A stretch of 64,000 nucleotides of DNA from Mantamonas sphyraenae STR306 (taxonomy: Eukaryota > Protista > CRuMs). This document shows positions 24,170 through 37,386 of this stretch, piece after piece. The DNA is taken from the NCBI GenBank assembly GCA_026936335.1, contig JAPMXV010000050.1, positions 1-64,000 of the forward strand, read 5' to 3'. Each line of letters opens with the position of its first letter. The stretch's first letter is position 1. Under the pieces are notes generated by a model. The model did not search any database. It worked only from the letters and a program-made list of their open reading frames with translations, and was not told where the DNA came from. A program made the translations under genes and the position numbers.

Positions 24170-25541
24170 TCACTTCCGCTTCGCCAGCGGATCCCTCACA
24201 TGTGCATCGATCAGCCGATCCGTAAATGCAAACCGTGTGATGGCAGACACAGCCCAGCTCACCACCAGCGCCAGAGCCAGATACTGCACCCACGCAAACT
24301 TCAGCGTTTCAATCACCCCCGGCCGGTACACAATCAGCTGCGGCGGAATACGCAGCACTCCCTGCACACGCATGCTCCCAGCCGGTCCGGGTTGCCACAA
24401 CGTCTGCAGGTTCGTCACCTGCGTCGTCTCTGTGAGCGTGCGTAAAGACAACCCCGAGCGTTGTTGTTCTCGTTAGCCATGACCCCATTTTGGCCCCGCT
24501 CCCTCGTTTCCCCACCCTCACCCGTGGCTATCCCTGCACCCTTCACCCTTGCCCACTCACCATTCCGCTGCTGCGCATTGAACAACAGCTTGCCCAGGTC
24601 CAGATCTCGGATGTTCGTCACGTTCTTCTCCTCAAACAAGGGCGAATTGTACACGGTGCGCACGCCCAACGCAGGCAATGCCGATTTCTGTGGAATCCCG
24701 CCACGTTCGTCATTGTCACAGCCCCCTCTGTGCGTCAGCACCGTGCTTTTCCTCAAACCCTGCAACCGTTTCGCGCCATCTCTCTTCCCCTACCTGCTTC
24801 AACTCCAGCTGCCCATCAAACGAGAGCGTCCCGCCACCCGTCACCGATCCTGCGTTCATGCTCACCATCGACTTCATCGTCATGCGCAAACGCGACTGTG
24901 TGCCCGCCCTGTGTCAGCCTGCGTGCACCCTTCCCTGCAAATTGGCGCGCGTTCAAACCCACCTGCAGCGAATACTCCAGGAACAGCACCAGCTGCACGT
25001 CCTGGATCCGCTCTTGGGCTTTCAGGCCCACAAAATCCACCTGGAACCACAGCTCGTCGTTCAATGTGTCCTCATTCATGTCCACTGTCCAAGACTACGC
25101 CGCTCACCGCCACACAACCCGCCACGCGGAGTCAGCTTCCCTGCCTGCGCACATCCAACCCCCAGCGTCCCCTCAACCCCGTCTTCCTTCCCTTTCCCTC
25201 ATTCCCTCATCCCCTCGTCCCCTCACCTTCATTGTCGCCTCAATGCTCTGCTCGGCAAACAAAGTGTTCAGATGCCCACTTGTGCTCCACAGCCGCGTCG
25301 ACCCCTCCAGCGACGATCCGGACACCAAGGCCAGCGCTTGGTGAGTGAACGCCACCTGTGCTTGCTCCTCGTATGTGCTGTGCTTCATCCAGAACCCGTT
25401 GCTAAAGTACGCCACAAAGTATGGCACCAACACCAACACCACCACCATGGCCACCCGAAAGCACCACGCCATGCTGCACCGACTGTGCACAAAGTACTCT
25501 CGCTCCACCGGCACCGAGTACACCTTGATTGGTCGGCCCAT
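24170..25541 (-). CDS. TMEM231: Ciliary transition-zone protein TMEM231 (multi-exon)
   Basis: N-terminal PYFVAYFSNGFWMKHSTYEEQ; FDGQLELKQ; C-terminal YRPGVIETLKFAWVQYLAL; several introns. Confidence 0.88.
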
Positions 25542-25620
25542 CACACAGAAAACAAGTGAGAATCAGTTTGCCTGCCACCGCGCTCCATTGTCTCATCCTG
25601 CTCACCCTGTCCTTCACGCT

Positions 25621-27189
25621 TCACGCCATCGTGTCTCGCATCGCCCCCTGCGCCTGGCGCAGTCGCCGCATCGCAACTGCCACCAGAATCGAGTTCATGA
25701 ACGCCGCAATCGGAAACAGAAACGTCAGCATGCAGTCCGACACATACACCGGGTGGATCCCCGTCTGTCCTGCTGAAAAGTACGAGTTGAAATTGGCAAT
25801 AAACACAAGCATGGACACCACACCCAGCACGAGCGAAAGCAGAATCAATCCAAGGTAGCCCGTCCACTGCGACACGATGCGCGTAATCAGCGTCGTCACT
25901 CGCTTGTGTTTCTGTTGGTACTGGTACCCCACCAGTGTCGACCCCACATCCACAGAGTGCGGAGTGTCTGTGGCCGGCGAGTCCACAGACGTCGCTCGGC
26001 TACGCGCTGCCGGTGATCCATCGCGCGGCGACACGTCAAAATCCGACGGCAGCGATGGGTACGTTGACGAGTCTACCACGTAGCTGCCTCGGCTACGCCG
26101 CCGCGACCTGTACGACGGCGCCATCTTCTCTGCCACCTGACACACAGCCTCCGAGACAAACACAGCCGTGAACGACACGTGGAAAAACACCCCAATTGTG
26201 TACACGTCTGTGATGCGTGTGCTCAGCCACACCAGGTCGATGTCCGTCAAGTTCAACGCAGCCAACCCCGGCAGCTCCACAACCCCGAGCCCTCGCAGCA
26301 GATCCAACAGCGACAGACCCACCCATGTCACGCACACTCCAATAATAAACACCACGTCCGCGTACAAAGACATGTTTGTGCTCTTGATCAACCGGTCCAC
26401 CTCCTCTTGGTTCCTGAACAGCGTCAGCAGCGACAATACGTCCCGCGACGACGAAAAGTACAGCGAAGCAAACGTGTAGCATGCAATGGCAATGCCCCAC
26501 GCCACTCCAATGGTCATGTGCACAGGGTTCAGGCCCCCCGGGAACATGTAGCTCGTTTGCTGCGTCCGAAGCACAATGCATGCTACATCCAGCACAAAGA
26601 TCATAAGCGCCAGCGTCTGCAGTAGGTTTTGCCTCAGGCTGTCCCGCCCCGTGTGCAGCGACCGGTCAAACCCGTAGAAGGACAGAACGCGCGAAAGAAA
26701 TGGAAAGCGCTGCAGTGGATTTGCGTCGCTGAACGAGTGCCTGTGACCAGCTGTGCTCGAGCTCTTCACCGTACCTACAAACCACACCCACCATGTCCGT
26801 GTTAGCTCATCCCTCATCTGCCCACACACGGCCCCCCTTTCTTTCCTTCCACGCCGTATACCACACGAAAATGCCGGGCAAACTCGTCTCGGGAGCCGTT
26901 TTTCCTTTTTCTCGCGTCCCGACACACCCCCGCAGCGCGGACTTTGAAAACCCCACTCACCGTTGTCGCTGATGTAGCTGTTGTGGCTCGCCCGTTTCAT
27001 TTGACGTTTCGGGATGTCCAAGTGCATCGGTGTGGGCGCCGGCAGTGTCCCGCTTCCCTCTTTTCTCGACGACCCAGAGCCAGCCGTGTTTTCCTCTGGA
27101 CCGGCATTCGACGTCGACACCGTCATGGACGTCACGTGCGACAGCCCCCCCCCTTGATCCTCCACCTGATTATACTCCATCTCCGCCAT
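25621..27189 (-). CDS. Multi-pass (about 6 TM) membrane protein of unknown function
   Basis: Six hydrophobic helices in the ORF 25621-28074 frame; probable start MAEMEY; probable intron at ~26960-26770. Confidence 0.65.
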   Translation of the reverse strand: MAEMEYNQVEDQGGGLSHVTSMTVSTSNAGPEENTAGSGSSRKEGSGTLPAPTPMHLDIPKRQMKRASHNSYISDNGEWGFQSPRCGGVSGREKKEKRLPRRVCPAFSCGIRRGRKERGAVCGQMRDELTRTWWVWFVGTVKSSSTAGHRHSFSDANPLQRFPFLSRVLSFYGFDRSLHTGRDSLRQNLLQTLALMIFVLDVACIVLRTQQTSYMFPGGLNPVHMTIGVAWGIAIACYTFASLYFSSSRDVLSLLTLFRNQEEVDRLIKSTNMSLYADVVFIIGVCVTWVGLSLLDLLRGLGVVELPGLAALNLTDIDLVWLSTRITDVYTIGVFFHVSFTAVFVSEAVCQVAEKMAPSYRSRRRSRGSYVVDSSTYPSLPSDFDVSPRDGSPAARSRATSVDSPATDTPHSVDVGSTLVGYQYQQKHKRVTTLITRIVSQWTGYLGLILLSLVLGVVSMLVFIANFNSYFSAGQTGIHPVYVSDCMLTFLFPIAAFMNSILVAVAMRRLRQAQGAMRDTMA

Positions 27190-27354
27190 CTCGGCTGATC
27201 CTGGCAACATGGACACCTGCGTCTTCCCGCCAGAATGAGAAACGTTGCGTGTGCAGCGGCAGCGCGTGTCCTCAGCCACACAAAACTCGTTCTTCCCAAC
27301 AAAACCCCCGGCTTTTCGCCAACCAGATACACTCCCAAGAATCCCGAGTGCACC

Positions 27355-28876
27355 ATGGCCGTCACTTCCTTGCAAATCTTTGCCGCACTCAAGGTCACTC
27401 TGACCATCCTGTACTCCCTGATGGCCTTTGTGGCTCTTGCGCAACTGTACCGTCTCAACAACTCGGGCTCGCTTCGCTGGACCATCCAGAAGCACCTGCA
27501 TCTGCTCATCACTCTCACCTGCATCACTCGCATTGTCCTCTTTTCCCTGCCCACGGCCGCTTACATCAGCATGCCTGTATACTGCCTCTTCCTCCTCGAC
27601 ATCCTCCCCACCCTCCTCTACTTTGCGGTCTTCTCCCTCGTCGCCATCAACTGGGTCGAGGTCGTCATCAGCCTGAAAAACTCGGTGCGCAACCTCCACG
27701 TTCAGTTTATGCGCATCAACTTTGTCATCAACGTTGTCCTCTGGTGCATCGCCGCCTTTCTCCTTGCCCTCGCTGCTCTCCTCGAGCTCAAGTACTCCTT
27801 CCTCACCTTTTGGTTCGAGGGCATCTTCATCGGCGCCATTGCCTTTGCCTCTGCCTTCACCTTTGCCTACTACGGTCTCAAGCTCCGCACCATCCTCCAG
27901 CAGTTCCCGCTCAAGGTCGCCACCCAGTTCTTCTCCCGAGTACGTTCGCCTTGCCCGCTTTGCACACGTCTCTCCACTGCACCCGCCGTTCCTTTCCCTC
28001 CATTTCCCCGTTCCCAGATCCCTGTCCATCCCTTCTGCGCTTCCTACCCGTCCCGCCGGACCCAGCAAGGCCACAAGGCCTCAGAGCGACAAAGAGAAAA
28101 GGCTGACGCCAAACTTTGCACCATTCTCCCTCTCTTCCCGCACCCTGCTCGGCTCCCTTTGGCCTTGCCCAACTCTGCAGCTCAACACAAACGCCATCAT
28201 CTGGACGTGCAGCTTCATCATCCACGCCCTGTACATCCTCGTGATCAACATGGTCCTCCGCGTCCTGCGCGCCTCCAAGAGCCTCACCTTTTCCACCTTT
28301 CTTTGGATCTGGGGTGCCTACTTTGTCGTTGCCGAGCTCATTCCGCAGGCGTTGCTCCTGCGACTCATCAGCAACATCCCCGAGGACGCCATCAACCGAC
28401 GTACCATCAACAGCTCGTCTGCCGCCACAGAGATCGATTCTTCTGCCGACGCTTCTGTGCGTGCCAAGCACTCGGCCGACACCACCGCCAACGCAGCCCC
28501 GGCCACAAAGACTGTCCTTGATGACGACGACTCGGTGCTCATCCACAAGAACGAGCGCGAAAACGCCTGGTGGGACCGCAACGGTGGCGAAAAGGACGAC
28601 TCGCTCCTCCTCCACACAAACGCCCACTCCTGGCTCACCGACGACGCCCCTTATGACGACGGCGACGTCGACGAGGAAGAGTGGCGTGAACGCCGCCAGC
28701 TCGTCAAGGACGCCTATGCCGTGGAAACGGGCAAGGCAGACCCAACCACCATGTCCTTGGCCTACGGCAACCAGACCAGCTTCGGCGAGTCCTTCCGTAG
28801 CTTCCGTCACTCGCTCCGTGCCGCCTCGGCTGCTCTGGAAAGCGCGTCTGCTGACGATTCCGAAGTGGAACTGTGA
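27355..28876 (+). CDS. Seven-TM protein, THH1/TOM1/TOM3 (DUF1084)/GPR137-like
   Basis: ALAQLYR...WTIQKHLHLL, LPTLLYFAVFSLVAINW, FAYYGLKL, YFVVAELIP; intron 27940-28180 gives in-frame join. Confidence 0.75.
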
Positions 28877-28927
28877 GAACGCAGGCAACACAAAAAAACC
28901 TGCCCACCTCTCCTTCCCATCCCCGCC

Positions 28928-30265
28928 ATGGAAAAGTTGCAAACAGTGGCCAAGCAGGCACAGGAGATGCGAGAGCACGTTTCCCGCGTGCTGGAGCTCA
29001 TGAACCAGGGCAACCCACAGGAGTGGAAGCCCATCTTGGAACACTTTCAGATGCTCACGGGACGCACGGCACGCGTGCACAGAGAACTGCACCACGACGC
29101 CGCCCTGCACCATGTCGTTGCCGTGCCCCACCAATTTGAACCCATGCATGTGGAACACAGTCAGTTGCCTGCAGCGCAACACACCTGTGCTTGCGTTCCT
29201 CCTCCGCGCACCTTGTCTCTCACACCGAGTCTCACACGCCCACACGCACCAGTCCCAGAGCTCATTCGCACCAAAACCCTTCCCGAGATGGACGCCGAGG
29301 ACAATGAGGCGTTGAGGGAGTATGAACAGGTGCTACAGCCGCAGGAAGAACGACACCACGCAGTCGCGGTTCAAGAAGTCACACGCATCGCACACGCCTA
29401 CAACAAAGCTGTGCGTGGCATCAATCTGCGTCAGCTGCGCGAGCAGCCCGCCTACAAGAAACTCGTGGACGAGTACAAGAGCAAGCAGAGTCGTCTCATT
29501 GAGGACAAGTTCCGTGTGACCCACCCTCAGCATGGTCTCAGCATGGGCAGCCTTCAAACCGCGCCCCTGCACGAACGCATCGACGCCCTGTTTACCAGCA
29601 TCTCTTCCGGCACGGGACTCGCACCCAGCCAGCCTCCACAGCGCCGACCGCGCAAGCGCAAGCGTCGCCGTGCGGAGCTGAGCAGCGTTGCAAGCTCAAC
29701 CTCCTCCTCCTCCTCCTCCTCCTCTTCTTCCACGTCCTCCAGCAGCAGCAGCGGCAACAACAGCTCATCCTCTTCAGCCACAGCCTCGTCGAGCTCCGCC
29801 CCTGTAAACACAGATCCCCACGAGCTGATGAGAGAGGCCCTTCAGACAAAGGGGGCGTTGATGCACAAGCTGGACCGAAAGCAGCAGATGACCGTCAAGC
29901 TGCTGCTCACTGACGAGGTTGTGAAGAAAAAGGTGGCCCAGACCGACGTTGTGCCAGCCATCATCGGCTTGCTTGAGTGGCCCCGCTTGGTCATCCTGTA
30001 TTGCGTCCGTACCAATCAGCCCTGCACGTCCCAGGCCGTCATCAACAACGGCCGCATCACCGTCCACGAGCTCACCCACGCCACTGCGGACCTCCTTGTC
30101 GACAAGAACCTCAACGAAAAGTCCCTACCGATGCTCTTTGACAACAACACCACCTTTATTGCCGCCGTCCACAACCAGAGAAACATCAGGACCCAGCAGC
30201 GTTCTGTTGCACACACAGGCCAGAACCAAGCCCAGAGCGACGCCAAGCGCCAACGTGTCGAGTGA
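28928..30265 (+). CDS. MED8: Mediator subunit 8-like with C-terminal extension
   Basis: WKPILEHFQML, HVVAVP and VPELIRTKTLPEM; intron 29160-29252. Confidence 0.7.
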   Translation: MEKLQTVAKQAQEMREHVSRVLELMNQGNPQEWKPILEHFQMLTGRTARVHRELHHDAALHHVVAVPHQFEPMHVEHSQLPAAQHTCACVPPPRTLSLTPSLTRPHAPVPELIRTKTLPEMDAEDNEALREYEQVLQPQEERHHAVAVQEVTRIAHAYNKAVRGINLRQLREQPAYKKLVDEYKSKQSRLIEDKFRVTHPQHGLSMGSLQTAPLHERIDALFTSISSGTGLAPSQPPQRRPRKRKRRRAELSSVASSTSSSSSSSSSSTSSSSSSGNNSSSSSATASSSSAPVNTDPHELMREALQTKGALMHKLDRKQQMTVKLLLTDEVVKKKVAQTDVVPAIIGLLEWPRLVILYCVRTNQPCTSQAVINNGRITVHELTHATADLLVDKNLNEKSLPMLFDNNTTFIAAVHNQRNIRTQQRSVAHTGQNQAQSDAKRQRVE

Positions 30266-30330
30266 TCCAAAATGGACTGTACATTTTCCCTTCTTCTCCT
30301 CCCTTCGCCTCCATCTCCCGCAACCAAATC

Positions 30331-33300
30331 ATGAGCAAGGTCCTCGTGCGCCGCAAAGCTGCAGACGCCTCCACCGCCCAGGAGGATGCACAGGCGGGAA
30401 GCAGCTCGCCGTCTTCGCCCATGCGCAAGTATGTGGTGGCCAAGAAGCAAGGTAAGGCCCAGGGGAAAGCCGATGTGCACCCGTGGTGAGGGTGTCGCTG
30501 GTCCAGCGACGTTTGCCCCATCATCCAACGGCTACTCCTCACACGTGCCCACAGAGACCCCACGCAGCGTAGGCACGCCCATGTCTCTACTTACGGCGTC
30601 GCCCAGAGATCGCAGGCCACGCACAAAGGACAACTCGGGCAAGCTGGTCACACACACCGTACTGGGCGACGCCGAAGAATACCGCGAGTTGGCCAAGCGC
30701 CGTCAACAGCAGCAGATGTCCTTCCACGCCCTGCACAACCCACAGGCCTTTGCCAAACAGCAAGCACGCGAGAAGGAACAACGTCGTAGCTCCTCGTTCA
30801 AAGACATGCACACCATGGACGCCCAGAAGCCGCCTCCCCTCGATCTCCAGGTTCGTGCCCAATCCCCACCCCGGCCTTCCGCGGCCTGCACCACCCACCC
30901 CAGCCACCCTGACCCGCAAACGCACGCACGACCATTGCACGCAGAACATACAATCATATCAGACACGCGCACAGGAGGGACGTGCCATGCGCAAGCAGCT
31001 GGAGACTCTGGCCAGTGCTAGGCAACAGGAGAAGCACAAGCAGAAGAAGGAGCTGGCATCCATGCACATCTTTGAACGCATGATGAACACCAAAGACGAA
31101 CGTGCCCTGCGCAACTGGGAGCGCCGCAAGCGTGAGTGGGCCGCCATGGAGGCTCGGTTGGCACGCAAGCTGGGCAAGAGTGTCGACGAACTCATTGTTG
31201 CTCGCACCGACGAGTTTCGCAGCATTATGGAGGAGCGTGAGCTGGTGCAGCGTGCAATTCCGCTCGTGGAACAGGCACCCAGCAATTCCTGGAGTGTGGT
31301 GGCAAACAGCAGCGGCATCGAGGCGCAGGTGTACACCGACGACCTGACGCCCATGACAACCGTGGGCAAACCCCGCCATTTCAAAAAGGAGGTCCAGGAA
31401 CTGGCCATGAGTAGCCACGGAGCCACACTGGCGGGTGAGCTCAGCACCAACAACCGCGCACGGCAGTGGAAGGACTCGCCGTACCTGGCACGCAGGCAGA
31501 AGCAGCTGGCCAAGGCCACCAACATGCTGCTCAAGCACAGGCCCGACTTTGACGAGCTGGAAGTGATTGGCCACGCCGTCTTGCCATCCACCATGGACGA
31601 TGCCATGGCCAGAAGCATGGCCGAATACGATGATCACGACGATGATGAAGACCATGACGAGGAAACCTACGCGTACGACGACGACGACGACGACGCAGAC
31701 GATGGAGACGACGCAGCAGAGGGCGAGTACTACGATGCAGACGAACAGTATGACTTGATGCAAGAGGAGGAGTGGGTATACGAACACCAGCAGGAGGAGG
31801 AGGACGGCCAACCGGTGCAAGGTCCATCCCTGCACATGTGGATGCACGACGTTCTGTTTGCCTCGCCAGTCAACGAAACCGCCACCGAAGAGGTGCGTGT
31901 GCGCAACACAGGCACCACTGCCCTTTACTACCGCTGGGTCAGTGTGGACAAGGACGCCAAGCTGCCCACTCGCTCTTCGGGCGAAGGACGCTTCTTCCAG
32001 GCCGACAACAAGGGCGTCATCCTCCCCGACGCCGACCACAGCTTCTACTTTGCCTTTTCCAGCGCCAGCCCCGGCCGATTTGCCCAGCAGTGGCGCCTGG
32101 AGACTGTACCCGAGCTTCCCGGAGGTGCCCCTGTGGTCACACTCAAGGGAGTGGCCAAGAAACAGGACACCCTGGCCCAAGACAGGGCCCAGGTGGAGGC
32201 TCTGCTCGAGAGCCAGGCCATGGAGCACGCATGCACCCAGGTTGTCATGGATATTGTGGATCTGGTGCCCAGCCTTGCGCAATCACGCGCTCCGCAAGGC
32301 CCGCCTGTCGACGTCAACGAGGAACTCTTTGTGGCTCAGAACGCACACCTCAATCTTCACTACTCGCCCGAACTGTTTGCCGAGTTTCAGGCGTTGGAAG
32401 CAGACGTGCTGGCGCTGCTGGAGGGCGTCCAAAGCGACGCCGAAGCAGAGGAGGAGCGCACCTGGGCTGGCTCCGTCGCTGCCCTCCACGACCTCGTCCT
32501 TGCTGTGCCCCGTACGCTGGAACAGCAGCGTGCACAGCTCATGCAACGCTTGGAGGATCTGATCGCACGATCGTCTGCTGCACCTGTGCGTCCCGCTGCC
32601 TCTCTTCTCTACTACATCGGCTACGACCTCCTCACCTCCCTCGCCGAACGGATCCACGACGCAAGCGTCGACGAGCACGCACGCATGTCTCTGGAACCGA
32701 CTCCGTTCCTGGATCCCGTCCAGGTGGCTGCGCAGGCCGAAGCGGCAGCTCAGGCTGCCGCAAACGCCGCGGCGGCGAAAAAGGGCCGCAAGAAGGCCAA
32801 AAAGGAAGCCGCTGCCGCCGCCATGGCTGCTACCCAGAGCCAGGATGGACAGGCATCGCTGGAGCAGGTGTTGGAAGAGCGCAAAGCCTGGAGCAAGGAC
32901 AGGCTGCAGGCTGAGGCTGTGTGCCGCACACGCATCGAGGACAGCGTCCGTGCCATGCTTGTCGAGACTCTGGACACCTTTGAGGCTTTGTGTGCCTCCG
33001 CAGATACCATCTCCCAACACATGGCACTGGGCCACGTCGACGCTGCAATGGTGGACGCAGCTCAACTCACCTCGCCCACCAAATCTAAAAAGCTAACCTC
33101 TACCTCCAGCGCGGGCCAATCGTCATCTGCAGACCTGGACGAGGCTGTCGACGAAGCAGACTCCTTTGTGCTCGACACAGGTGACGATTTTGTGGTGGAG
33201 GACGTTGTGGAGGAACCGCTGGTACTGCTGGCCAGGGAAGCCGAAGAGGCAGAGCAAGCCAACAGGGACGCAGCCTCAGCCCATCCCTCAGCCGCTTCTG

Positions 33301-33491
33301 TGGCCAGCAGCGGACGCAAAGCGCGTGCCATGACTCCCAACAAAGGAGGCCGCAAGAGTGCACGCAGCAGTGGCAACGGCAACGAACGCTCCGCATCGCC
33401 GCGTTCCACCGCGCGTGGCAAGAGCCGCGCTTCCTCACGTGCCACCTCTCGTCGTGGCAAGCACACAAGCCGAGGCGGCGCCGCCTCATGA
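30331..33491 (+). CDS. MYCBPAP: MYCBP-associated protein-like (axonemal, MSP/ASH-like domain)
   Basis: HTVLGDAEEY; ERALRNWERRKREW; VRNTGTTALYYRW; GVILPD...FAFSSASPGRFAQQWRLETVPEL; introns 30452-30506 and 30851-30944. Confidence 0.75.
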
Positions 33492-33552
33492 TCAACCAAC
33501 AAAGAGCACTTGCAATCCCAAAGTTCATTGGACTGGATTTCCCTGGCCACGC

Positions 33553-35185
33553 TCACTTGTCGGCAAGCTCGGCCAGAATCACCGAATGCTGGCCGCCGGC
33601 AGCCACCTCAAAGACGCAACGTGCGCCCAAGTGGTTGCCCGACACAGGCAAGGGCTCGGTCTCGTCGTCATCGTCACCCGAAGCAAGCTGGTGGCTCATG
33701 CCGTTGCCCCACGTCCACACCGTGCCCTTGTCGTCCAGGGCCATGCAGTGCGATCCGCCAGAGGCAATCTTGCGGATGGGCCTATTGTTGAAGCCCTTGA
33801 CCTGTGTAAACGTGTGCCTCTCGTTCGTGTCGCCCTGGCCCAGCTGGCCATAGTCGCCACGTCCCACCGTAAACACGCGGCCGTCCGCAGTCAGCGCCAT
33901 GCTGTGGTGCTCGCTCACGCCCAACTGTGCCACGTCGTTGCCATTCAAAGACTCCACCTCCAAAGGCACCTCAATTTGCGTGTCTTCTTCACTCTCGGGC
34001 TTGCGTCCACATTGGCCGTAGTTGTTCAGGCCACACGCAAAGACCACCGCCTCCTCTTCCTCTGCGTCGCTGCTGCTGCTGCTACTCGTGCCCTTGCGCT
34101 TGTTCATCGCCCCCTTGGCCACCACCATCGTCCCGTACCCTCCTGCGTACACCTGCACGGCCTTCAGCAGCTTGCGCTTGCGCTTCAGACGCAGCGGCGC
34201 CGGAGTCAGCCCTTTCTTCAGGTGCCGCGTCAGGATCCTGCGACCCAGCTGGCCCTGCTCGCCAGATCCCCATCCGTACACGTGGCCATCCTCTGTCAGA
34301 GCCAGCACATGGTTCGACCCGCTTGCAATCGACTTTACACGCTTCTTGTCCACATTGATCTTGACAGGCCGCTCCTGCACAAACACCTCCTCCGAGAAGC
34401 CCATGATGCCGTCTGCAGACTGTGTGCCTCTCTGTGTCAGCATGTCTGCCCTCCCTTTGCGTCGTCCGCACTCGCTGTCTGCTGCCGCTGCTGAAGAGCA
34501 CGGCAACGGATCTCCAAAACTGTCACACTTACTCGGAACGTGCCCCAGCTGTACACGTCGCCCTTGGCAGTGAGTGCAGTGCTCACCGAGTCCCCCAATG
34601 CCACTTGCACCACTTCCTCCTCATCCAGGCCTTCCACAGCCCCCGGCACGTAGGCGTCGCCCTTGCGGCCCAACGCCGCCTGGTCGTTGCAGCCCCACGA
34701 ATACAGCTGCATGACGCGTGCCTTCTGTGTCAGTGCACCCGCTTCGTCTCCCGCTTTGCCCTTCTCTCCTGCATCTTCCCCGTCGTGACACCCCCCACGA
34801 GCCTTGCCGGAAAGCGAGCGCCGACTGGATTTTGCGCGCCACAACACACTCACCTTTCCGCTCTTGCTCAGCGCCATGGTGTGCACACCACCAGCTGCCA
34901 CGTCGATGATCTCCTTGTCCTTGAGCTCCTGAGTGCCGGGGACGCCATGTCGGCATGTGCTTGTGTCAGTGACGTTGCCTACAGCCCCTTGTGCACCGCG
35001 GCCCAACGCATTGGACGAAATCCGCACGAAAAACACGCCTACGGCCCTCCGTGCACCCTTACATTCAACGGTGTGGGCTTCTTGCGCTCCCACGTGTCCT
35101 CACCCAGACCCAACTGGCCCAGCTCTCCGCCACCGTTCGTCATCACCAGCCCAACAGGGCGATTTGCATTGCTCTTTCCGCTCAT
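33553..35185 (-). CDS. RCC1: Regulator of chromosome condensation RCC1 (Ran GEF), multi-exon
   Basis: GGGELGQLGLGED..ERKKP; VAAGGVHTMAL; WGCNDQAALGR; GDVYSWGTFR; WGSGEQGQLGR; GLNNYGQCG; AAGGQHS. Confidence 0.85.
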
Positions 35186-35245
35186 CGTCGTTTCGTCTTT
35201 TGCGCTGGCTGCCACGTCGCCACCTTTCTCTTCCCCCCCCCCCCG

Positions 35246-37020
35246 TTACAGTGCAACGTGGTACGGCTCATACGTCCCTCCAAGGCCCTTGTCTTTGTCC
35301 CGTGGCGTCATGGTGCGCGTGGTCAGGTCAAAACGAGCGCTGTGCAATCCGTCGCCCTGCAGACGCCGCATCTTCAGCTCCATCGCCTTGATGTAGCCTG
35401 ACGGTTCTGGTTTCGGATCGCTGGGCAGCGGGAGCACACGTTTGCCTGTGGAAAACTCATGGTCTTTGTCCTGCGGATGGAACGTGGAATCCCACCTCGG
35501 CTTGCCCTTCAGAGCCTCCTTTTCCCGCTTCCGCTCCTCTGCCTCCAGCGCCTCCTTCGGACGCAGGTCTGCTCCCACTGTAAACACTTCCAGTTTGCGC
35601 GATGGGATGTGTCGTACCCAATGTGGCTTCCCTGGCGGTGTCTTTTTGTCCTGGAAGCTCGCTTCGTGCTCCGGCGGCTCCCACGGCCCGCTGTTCATCT
35701 CTGCACGCTCCCTCCCCGCACGCAGCTGCATGTCTAGCCTCGATTCCGAGCCAAACCATGTCCTGAACGCCTTCTTCTCCTCCTTCTTCGGCGACTCCAA
35801 CCCGCCTGTCTTTTCGCGTGCAATCCTCTCCAGCAGCGCCGGACGCTTGCCAAAGCCCGTGAAATGCAACGCCTTGATCCGTGCGTTAAATTCCTTTTCT
35901 GTCTCTTTGATCAGATCCAACGACGACCCTCCTGCTCCTTCACCGGTCTCCGACGACGCACGCGCCGCAAGCTCCCGCGCCTGCATGCGCAGCTCAGACT
36001 GTGTCTGCTGTGTCTTGCAGAACCCATCGTACACTTTACGTGTCTGGAAGCCCATCCGTGTCGTTCCCTGCATCTCCTGCTCCTCCTGCTTCTCTTCCTC
36101 CTGCTCCTCCTCCTCTTGTTCCTCGTCCACACTCTGCAGGTACGACGTGCGGCCAAACCGAGCCGAGGGCAGCTGGATAGCTGCATTCAAAGTGCTGCTT
36201 CCGATGCTGCTTGCTGCACTGCTGCTCCGACCTCGTGTCGTGGTTGTGTTGCGTCGACGCGGGGACAGAGTTGCCAGAGCGTTGATCTTGTGCTCTGTGT
36301 GCAGATGATGGTCACCTGTGCCTGTGGTGCTGTTCTTCACCTCCGTTTGCGTCCCTTCCGTCTGATTGTGCAGTCGTACTGTGCCCAACAGCCGAGCACG
36401 TCGCGTCTTGTCCCCTGGGTTCGGCAGCACAGCCTTCTCCGCTTTCTCTGCACGCGCCAGCTGCTCACGCATGTACCGTGGCAGCTTCACATTCTCCCTG
36501 CCCAGCAACACCTGCATCAGATCCACCCACACCAGCGTGTGCTTCTTCATGTCCACGTCCCGATCCCGCTTCGACCACCTGTGCACACACCCTCACGACC
36601 GTTAGCCCTCCCTTTCCCGTCCACACGCCCGCAACCCGCTCACACCTCTCCACACTCCACCTACCGTGGCACCACAGCACTGCGCAGCTCTGCCGGGCTC
36701 AGGAACCCGTCCTTGTCGTAGTCTGCCTCTTGAACCATCGCCTCCAGCAGCGCGTACGGGAATCGCTGCGTCATTCGTTTGCCCTTCACAACCTCCCACA
36801 GCTCGTCCACAGACACTTCGTCGTCAAAATCCACGTCTACACGCTTCACAAATGCCTCCAGTGCCTCTGGGTTCAGCAACACCGTCGTCGGCTCCCCACG
36901 CGTGCCCTTTGTGCGCCGCATCAGGCCTGGGTTCTTGTGCAGCACCACAGACGACACGGTGCTCACGTGCGACACGCGGCTCGATGCCCTACGCGTCGCT
37001 CCTTCCTCACGCCCGCTCAT
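35246..37020 (-). CDS. EF-hand protein with long charged C-terminal region
   Basis: Two EF loops DVDFDDEVSVDE and DYDKDGFLSPAE; intron at ~36665-36580 links to ORF 35246-36586. Confidence 0.7.
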
Positions 37021-37386
37021 CCTTTGCCTTTGCCTTGGCATCCCTTGCGCCGATGCGCCCAGAGCGAAGTGAGTTTCAACCACAGCAGCACAGTCCTCAT
37101 CCTCCCTTGCTGACCCGCATCCGTCCTCCCTCTTCTCCCGGCCTTCCAGAGCTCATTTTTCTCTTAGAAATTTCTCGTGGTTGGCACCAGATCCCCGGAT
37201 CTGGAGGCAGCCCTCTTCCTTTCAAAATCACCAAATTCCACCGGCCCACATGCCGGCCTCAAAAGAAAACGAGCGATGGCGCCACACACATGCACCCTCC
37301 CGTCTTGCCGCTGTGCTACAGCCATTGAATAAACCTACAACCTTGCTCTCCCATGTCTCCTTTGTGCGCCCGTGCACCCAATCCTC

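Noticed and set aside
30452-30506. Apparent frameshift at the start of the MYCBPAP-like gene
   Set aside because: Resolved by a 55-nt GTAAGG...CAG intron
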